Source: the human T2T-CHM13v2.0 reference genome, Homo sapiens
Reading direction: 5' to 3' (one strand)
Assembly (NCBI RefSeq): GCF_009914755.1
Contig: NC_060925.1
DNA length: 64,000 nt
The notes beneath the pieces were generated by a model. It was not told the DNA's origin and ran no database searches. It worked only from the letters and a program-made list of their open reading frames with translations. Positions 54,201 through 64,000 of the stretch are shown piece after piece. Position numbers and translations under genes: made by a program. The first letter of the stretch is position 1. Each line of letters begins with the position of its first letter.

Positions 54201-57096
54201 CATTTTACTCTGCTTTCACAATATGATCATATTTGGTTTCACTTCCTGGTTAGTGCACACAAGCCTGTTGCTGGGAAATATTTGAATAAAATGTTTATGA
54301 GAGAAGACTATTGTTTCAAAGTAGAGGAAGGCATTTTTGTTTGATTTAGACTTAGTTCATGTAGTAATTTTTATAGAAATAAAATTTCTGACATGTAAAT
54401 TGGTTAAAAACACTCTTTAAAAATAATTTAAAAGACTTATTTCGCACTGAAATTAAGTTACCTTGTGGTGAAATCATCTCTTCTACAGAAGTGTTTGATT
54501 AGGTACCAGTTGTGCAACAAATGAAATGTTTGTCCATAATTAGAGTAATTGTAACTTGATTTTAAACAGAGGTTTGATTGCATGGTGAGTGTCATAATGC
54601 CAAATGATTTTTCCATTGATTCAGGGCCCAGTGTATTCTTAAGTTGATGTTTGCTCTCAGCATGTTTAACCTGGCCCAGAATATATCTGGCACCCTTTTG
54701 TGTGTGTGTTGTAAATGACTGTTCTTCTGTGTTACAGCTTCATACAAAATCTTTGCCTATTCTAAAAGTGGTATTTTTACCATTAAGTATTTAATTCCAC
54801 CAGAGTACTCAGGTATTACCTAGTCTAAAAAAGTACAAATCAAATTTATTTCTCTTTGGAAAAAGTCAGTTAAGAATTTCAGGAAACGTCTGCTTCCTTA
54901 AAATCTAATTACTTTGTCCATTTGCATCAGTTTACTGGCTAAATCTGAAAGTTTAATTTTTTAAAGCATAACTATTTTTCTACTCAGAATTTTAATTTTG
55001 AAGTCCATTTATGTTTTATTTCTCAAGGTACCTAGATATATACCCTAATATAAAATTAGGCTTCCTGCTGTCAATCTTGAACTCTCTCCAATGAATTCTT
55101 TCTGATGCTTTCAAATTAATTTTCTTGATATATAATAGTATGTCCCTAAATGTATTTTTCTGTCATTCCCTTGCTCAGATACCACCAGTGACTTCCTACT
55201 GCTTATATCAAGCCTAAATTCCTCTCTCCTTGTAAAAAGATTTGAATATTCTAAAAGTGATATATTTACCCCCTAAAGCAATAATTTCTCAGGTGCCTGT
55301 TATGTTCTGGGCCTGAGTTAAGTCTTGAAAATTTTTTAGTGTGGAATTTGAGACTTAATTAGCATTTGATCCTAATCACCTTTCTACTCTTATCCCCATC
55401 ATTTCTGTCTCATAAATTCCACTCCATCTATGTATCTGCTCACTAATTCATTAAATTGACCTTGGCTTTCTTTTGCCTTCTTTATTTGTTGTTCCATTCC
55501 TCCACATAAAATATTATGTGCCCTGTTATTAACCAACCCCTTTTACCCCTTATTCCTTCACCCCCTAACTATATAAATCTTACGCATCTTTCTTGGTCCA
55601 ACTCATAAACCCTGTACAGTGACTATTGTTCTTCTAGCATGTATTACTTTAAGATGTAACTGTATAATTCATTTGTTTGATCTTTCTTGTACTTATGCCT
55701 TCTTTCACCAATGCATAAGCTCCTTTTGAGATTTAGGTCTGAGTGTGACACCTTTCGATTGCCTTCATTACCTGGGCCAGTTCTTTGCACCCAGCAGAAA
55801 CTTCATCATGATTGTCGAGTACACCTAGTGTCAGAGCATGTGCAAGATGTAATATTTCCACTTGCTGTTGGTGACACAAGTTGGTGTTACATAAGGCCTT
55901 CTTCATTTCTACCTTTCTTCAACTGAGAGTCACAAAGTTGTTGCCTTCCTTAAATGGATAAGACTCTCCACACAATAAAAACAGATGGTATTGTCAAATA
56001 TAAATAGGTAAATATTATTTTTTGTGCATGGATGAGAGAGAAAAGACAGGAAAAAAACTACACTTGTAGTTTTCTTGGCACAGTCTTTTTGCCCTTCAAA
56101 TTTGGTTGCTAAGAAATAACCATAGATTCATCTGCTGTGTATAAAGGAGAAACTTAGAGACTCTGTGTGTTGTGCAGCTGATTTTGTCACTCAGCTATGA
56201 CAGAGCCCCACCCTGATTTAGAAGTCATGTGTCAAACTTCCAGATGGGGAGTATATCTTTTGTCTCCTGGAAAACCATTGAAACTCTGTTTCCAGAGGGC
56301 CCATGTTTCTCCTCTTTGCTAAGACCAAGTGAAGCTGCAGAATCCTGCTGAGTTATGAAGCCCGAAGCCAGCCTAATGTGGAGAAATGACCTGTCACCTT
56401 TTTTGGAATGTAGGCATTCTATGTGATTCATATTAGTTATTTGTGCGTTATTTTAGAAGAACCTTACTCTATCACTTCAGAGTGCCCAGAGCTGCCCTAA
56501 CTTATTCTGAATGCTATGGCTGAGCTAAATTCGTCTTCTCTGCTGATGGGGCTCAAATGGAGTCTTTAGTCTCTGCTAAAGGATTCAGGAAGCCTTTCAT
56601 GTCATGTAGAATTTGGGATGTAAATTGAAGGTAAGAAGGTATGAAGATTGTAAGATATTTTTGCAGTTTTTGCTTCCAAACAAGGAGGTCTAATTAAAAC
56701 TCTTGTATCTGTTCAATTAATATTTAGTAGCAGCTTCTACAAGCTAAGCCCTGGGGTGCATTGATAAGCATGATACATGTAGACCAGACCTCAGAGAGAA
56801 ATAAACCTTTAATCAAACAATTACTTATAGGTTTGTGATAAATGTTATGAATGGAAGGGATAGAGAACTACAGGAGCATGTTGTGAAGTGACCTGTCATC
56901 ATGTCAAGGAGGTGTCCCTTAGGAAATAACTTTCTTAGTCATTGACTCAGGGCATCAGTGACTTAAACGACTGCCTTGTTTTGGCCTTGAAAGCAAGCTT
57001 GACCTTTTAAGTGAACTATCTGGCACTGTTTGAAATTGCATCAGCCAGTTGGAATAAGAATTCGCTCTCCTGTGAGACTTTTCTTATACAGCATCA

Positions 57097-57862
57097 TGTT
57101 ATGTGTGTAATAAAGTCATATTTGGCCTTTGCCCCCATGTCACATCACAGAGCCCCATTCCTGATAAGAGTGTCCTTTGTTATTCATAGCGAGCCCCTGT
57201 TAACCATACCTAAGTTTGTTCTAATGTGGTAACTCACTGTAGGCACCTGGGTAGCTTCAGGATGGGGCCTGGTCACCAGAGGATCTAACCATGTGATTCC
57301 AGCATTGGAACTTTTACGCCCACCATCAACTTCTGGAAAGGGGAGAGGGACTGGAGATTTTCAGTCACTAACGGCCAATGTTATTTAATCAATGATGCCT
57401 ACATAATGAAATTTTCATAAAAACCCCTAAACAATGGAGTTCAGGTAGCTTCCAGGTTGGTGAACACATCGAAGTGCTGGGAGGGTGGTGAGGTTGGAAA
57501 GAGCAGAGAAGCTCCATCCTCCCACTGCCCTCAAATACCTTGCCTTTTACATCTCTTCCATTTGGCTGTTCCTGAGTTGTATCCTTTATAATAAATCAAT
57601 AAAGGTAAGTAAAGTGTTTTCCTGAGTTCTATGAGTTACTCTAGTAAATTATCAAATTTGAAGAGAGCGTTATGGGAACCCCCAAATTTATAGTCAAGTC
57701 AAACAGAAGTACAGGCAGCCTGGATTCCTGGGACTTGTGATTGAGTTTGAAGCAGAGGCAGTCTTGTAGAATGGAGCCCTTAAACCTGTGGAGTCTGATG
57801 CTAACTCTGAGTAGTTAATGTCAGAATAGGATTGAATTTTAGGACACCCAGTTGGTGTTACA
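57097..57862 (+). mobile_element. MER21 (B/C) solo LTR
   Basis: ggggcctggtcaccaga, ttccaggttggtgaacacatc, ctgttcctgagttgtatcctttataataaa, ggacacccagttggtgt. Confidence 0.8.
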
Positions 57863-59869
57863 GGGAGTGATATCAGAAAAAAAGACATCTCACTCTGCAT
57901 TTACCCTAAATGTAAACCAGACATTCTCCCTCTCCAGCTGAGGAGCAAATGGCAACCAGTGATTTTGACTACCAGCAGCCATTAACCAAGTTACAAATAT
58001 GAAGCATTAATTTAACACCAAGGTAAAAATGGACATTTTACCTGAATCATAAGTGACATAAGAGCTTGCTCTTTCAAAACAGACTGGTTTCTTTCTGAAT
58101 GCTCTTGCCCAATGCTTCATTCCCCACACCTTCCTCCATGGAAAATAGGAGCTGGAACAGATAAGCAGTGTTGGCTGACTGGAATCTTTTAAAAAGCCTT
58201 CTCTGGGTTGGGCAGTTAGGCGTGTGCACTCCATTGGCACAGTGAGCCAGAGATTGTGCGCATTCTGTTTTTGTCTTTTTCCAAATCCCCAGTTGACAGA
58301 CATTAAGGGATCCATTATCATTCCATTATTGCAAGGCAGATTTGGAGAAGAATTTTCTACTGAGATGGTTGTTTTGTCACAGTGAAACAAATGAGTGACA
58401 TTCTATGTTTGGGCCACATAGTTCTTCTGAACCCCTGGGCCTCAATGCCTTTTTTGAAGCGTTCTTTTTGACTTCGCAATAGGACCCAAATATGATGAAA
58501 TGTCAATGTCTTTGCAACACTTGCTATTTTGTTTCCCTGGAACCACAGTGGCATAAATAAAGCTCACTTCCTGGGTTGTTTTTTTCAAAGATACCATCCC
58601 AAGGCCAAAAGCATCCTCTTTTTAAATCACTTTGCTAGTAAAAGAATTAGCTTTCTTTATAAGAGTTCTCTTTTGCATCTGTTTGCTACTGCAATGATTT
58701 CAGAGTGCTTCCATGATATTTATTTTACCACTAATATCAATTCTTGAGCCAGTGTGATTATCTGTATTTTAAAGCTGAGGAGATGGAGGCCTGTATTTAG
58801 TGAGTGATTTAAGCCCATGCAGATGATGGTGGAGGCAGGCCTGGGACTCAGTCCAGTGTTCATTTTCCACACTGCTGCCATGGAAAACCAGCCCCTGCTT
58901 CTCACTCTCACTAGTGCGAGGAGCGGAGAAACAAAATGAGACTGTACTCAGTCAGCAGCAGATACATAAAAGTTTCCTAATTTTTATTTATATGTTTTTC
59001 CTAATTTTTATTTATGTGTTTTTATGTTGTGTGTTCCCCTGCTACGGCTTGGGGAACATTGAAATTAGGAAATTTATACTTACCTAAAACAGCTCTAGAA
59101 CATTTACACAGTAACAGATCAGCAAGTAGAGCAATTACTCTAACATGTGCAGGGTTGACTCTCACAGCAGTGACTGCTGCTGACCAGTAAGTCAAGAAAA
59201 CTTCTGTAAAAATGCCTAGTATCTGTAAGCATAGACACCAGTGAAGTATAGATAGAAATAAAGCCAGAGACTTAAAAAAAAGTCCCTTGCCATCACAGCA
59301 GGGTTCCAAACTGATTGGAATCCATGAGACAGGCAGCATGATAAAGCAAGAGGTGGCCATAGCTAACTGTGAGGCTGAGTGAGTGCCCACAGCGAGTCAC
59401 AGGGTGAAGCATCCTGTTGTCATGTTTGCACTGTTCTCAAGTGATCAATGATCACTGTGATCACAGAATTCATAATCCAGTCTGCCCTGCATTTTGGGGT
59501 CAAACTTAGCACTCCTGGGAAGGAAACAGCAAGAGCCAATAAAACAGAAAGCAAGAGAAGCTGGAGATCACCACTCTTTCCCCTCACTTCCCATTGGCAA
59601 GCCTCCCCAACCCTCCCTGAGACATCACTTTGTCTTTATAATAACAAAGCAACAAGTCAAGAGGTGACATGTTTTAGAAAGAGCTCTCTGACTGCAGTAT
59701 GGAAATGGGACTAAGGAGGGCAAGAAAGGAGGCAATTTCAGAGTCGTCCAGCCCAAAGATGACATGGGCCCCACCCAAGACAGTGGTAGCAAGATTGTAG
59801 AAGGGGCTAGTTTAAGAGACCATTGGATTTGAGGGAATAGAGGAAGAGAAAGTTTCTGGGTTAGGTGCC

Positions 59870-60214
59870 TGCCTTAGTCTGTTTGTGCTGCTGTAACAAA
59901 ACACCTAAAACTGGGTAATTTATAAGTAACGTAAATGTATTCCTCACAGCTCTGGAGACTGGAAGGTCCAAGATCAAGATACTACAGATTTGATTTCTGG
60001 ACGTTGAACATGGTGTAGGAGTAGAAAAGCAACAGGGACGGAAGGAGAGAACTTACCCCTTCAAGCCCTTTTATAAGGCACTAAATCCCATCATTGAGGG
60101 CAGAGTCCTCATAGCCTAATCACCTCCTAAATGCTCCATTTCTTAATATTGTTGCACTGAGGATTAAGCTTCAACATGAATTCTGAAGAGGACACAAACA
60201 TCCAAACCATAGCA
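59870..60214 (-). mobile_element. MST (MSTC/D) or MLT1A-like MaLR solo LTR
   Basis: tgccttagtctgtttgtgctgctgtaacaaaac...actgggtaatttataa...ccaaaccatagca. Confidence 0.8.
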
Positions 60215-60275
60215 GTCAATGCCTTAGCCCTTGATGTTGCTATCAACCTGAGATTCGGGGATCAAGGAAGGACAG
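59950..60275 (+). other. Candidate LTR-derived 5'UTR exon
   Basis: Antisense-MaLR acceptor tattcctcacag| and strong donor CAG|GTATGA just outside the LTR; the acceptor choice is uncertain. Confidence 0.4.
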
Positions 60276-60601
60276 GTATGATATCTAGGTGTGGGAGGAA
60301 ACGGTAGATGCAGTTTGGGACATGCTGTTTGAGTTGCTTCCACACATCTCGGTATATAGCCAGGAAGATGTTGGGGAGATGATTCTGCAGCTTGGGGTTA
60401 GGGAGCTGGGCTCACCATATACACAGAGGTGGCGGATGAAACCTTAAGCATAATGCTCAGGATGTCACCCGAGCATAGCATATGTGTGAGTAGAGAAGCT
60501 ACAGGCCCAAGACTGAACCCCAATGCTTAAGGGATAAGCTAGTATTAGGAACCTTCCATGGTCCTAATACCTTTTTATCTTCAGTTAAAATTAGTACTTC
60601 C

Positions 60602-60854
60602 TGCCGGGTGCGGTGGCTCATGCCTGTAATCCCAGCACTTTGGGAGGCCGAGGTGGGACAATTGCTTGTGTCCAGGAGTTTCAGCAACATTGTGAGACTC
60701 TGTCTCTACAAAAAAATTAAAAAATAGCTGGGTATGGTGGCGTGTGCCTGTAGTCCCAGCTACTCGGGAGGCTAAGGTGGGGTGCATTGAGCCATGACCG
60801 CAACACTGCACTCAGCTAAATGACAGAGTGAGACCCTGTCTCAAAAAAAAAAAA

Positions 60855-60889
<35 letters not shown>

Positions 60890-61011
60890 TATATGTACAC
60901 ACATACACACACCCACACACATTTTTGTGTATATGTGAGGCAGAGTGAGTGTCCATAGCAAGCCACATGGTGAAGCATCCTACTTATTTGTAAACATATA
61001 AATAAATTTTA
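60602..61011 (+). mobile_element. AluJ with internal deletions and a compound tail: A13, (TA)n, (CA)n, 48-bp insert
   Basis: TSD aaaattagtacttcc (60587-60601) / aaaattaatacttcc (61012-61026). Confidence 0.88.
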
Positions 61012-61626
61012 AAAATTAATACTTCCATTATATGCTTGGCTTGATGACCTTTTCTTGCTATAACCAATTTTTAGTCGCTTTTTCAAAGAGACCAGTTTAT
61101 GAGTTGACAATTGTAGACATTGTACTCCTTTTCTAAGGAAACCTACACCATTGTTTTTCCTGGTGTTCTAACTTTTAAACCCCTTCTCAATCCTCAACAC
61201 TCCAGAGGAGTCTTTCAGACTAGATATTCCCTAGCTCCAATCACAGTTAATAAACTCATAGCATTGTGGGAAACTGGAAGTAGAGACTCTATCAATCATT
61301 TGTTCTCTCTAACATTACATGTAAGGAAAATTAGGTTACGTGAGATGACAAGGCCAACATTATGCCATCAGTAAGATGTAAAGTGAGGAGTAGAACGTGG
61401 GTTTCCTAACACCTAGTTGGGTATTCATTTGATCAGGTCATGCTGCCTTGTAGTGTTGATCCTTCCCTATATCTCAGTAATGGTTACTTTCCTTGATTTG
61501 AACATCTAATCACATTACTACATTCCCCTCATCCACCAATATAGTTCTGTGCAGAGGCAGAGCAGCTGTTTCTCTATTATTAACTCATATATAAGGCTTT
61601 AATATATCTATCTCATTTGGTATATC

Positions 61627-63140
<1,514 letters not shown>

Positions 63141-63385
63141 TTAATATGTTTGTCTCCTTTTATATGCCTTTATCCACTCGTGCTTTAGGTGAGCAGTTCG
63201 ACCCCACATATCCAGAGACTATGGAAGTAACAAGGCAATCATGCAAAAATGAGTTTATTACGAAAGTCTCAGGGATATGTGGATGGATGGATGGATTGAT
63301 CTATTTATTTCACATAGGCACCCAGTAAGTGTGTCTGCTATCACTAAGGCCAAGGATTGCTATTACTGTCTTATAACCACCTCCC

Positions 63386-63389
<4 letters not shown>

Positions 63390-63435
<46 letters not shown>
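63390..63435. repeat. (CA)23 microsatellite
   Basis: Direct reading. Confidence 0.97.
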
Positions 63436-63439
<4 letters not shown>

Positions 63440-63727
63440 CTGCATTACCACCACCCATCCTCCCACTTTCTTATCTTTTCCTTTTCTTCCCTGCCTTTAC
63501 CTACCCTATTATTGCCGTCCTTGATGCCTTCTGGTGGATTGACCTCTTAACAGAAGATTAACAGGAGGATCAAATACTTTGCATATCCATTAAATTATTA
63601 GTGAATTTTGTAAACATGTGGGAGCTTCAATTGTTATTTTAGGAAAAAAAATCTCCCATATTCAGTTACCTTGATAGTCACCAGAAGATTTTTTAAATTT
63701 CTTAACTTCATATATTGCTATTTATCC

Positions 63728-64000
63728 TTTTTTTTTTCTTTCCGAGACTTGGTCTCACTCTGTCACCCAGGCTGGAGCTCAGTGGTGTGCAGTCTCGGCT
63801 CACTGCAGCCTCGACCTCCTGAACTCAAGCAGTCCTGTCTCATCCCCCTGAGTAGCTGGGAGTACAGGCAGGCGCCACTATGCCCAGCTAATTTTTAAAT
63901 TTGTTGTAGAGACATGATCTTGCCTTGTTGCCCAAGCTAGTCTCAAACTCCTGGGCTCAAGTATCTTCCCATCTTGAGCTCCTAAAGTGCTGGGATTACA
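63728..64000 (-). mobile_element. AluJ (runs off the window edge)
   Basis: ggtctcactctgtcacccagg...cactgcagcctcgacctcc...ctgggctcaag. Confidence 0.9.

Noticed and set aside
60542-60569. Hairpin gtattagga...tcctaatac as a structured RNA or terminator
   Set aside because: Short and isolated; bacterial-style terminators are irrelevant in a human intron and there are no miRNA or snoRNA hallmarks.

Overview
Human genomic DNA (it carries the human-specific AluYa5 and AluYb8 subfamilies). It is repeat-rich, and I find no credible protein-coding exon. The central feature is a CpG island at ~25.5-26.7 kb with a + strand non-coding first exon (donor CAG|GTAGGT after 26263). About 38 kb of downstream sequence looks like intron 1, and 25 kb of upstream sequence is intergenic. 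From memory the first exon and candidate downstream UTR exons resemble the 5' end of LRRC8B on 1p22; this is unverified and needs a BLAT. All long ORFs in the track are L1 ORF2 remnants, Alu read-throughs or GC-rich CpG-island artefacts. I found no convincing novel biological system. The most interesting signals are: (i) several locally templated insertions and fold-back scars; (ii) an internal L1 fragment with no poly(A) that looks like a break-repair patch; (iii) a chimeric AluS/AluY suggesting a recombination deletion; (iv) two young, possibly polymorphic Alus; (v) a strong-Kozak uORF in exon 1, plus TE-derived candidate 5'UTR cassette exons that would add upstream ATGs; and (vi) an inverted pair of L1PA copies with nearly the same 5' truncation point, bracketing the promoter. 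Repeat subfamily names come from recalled consensus sequences, not from a RepeatMasker run.
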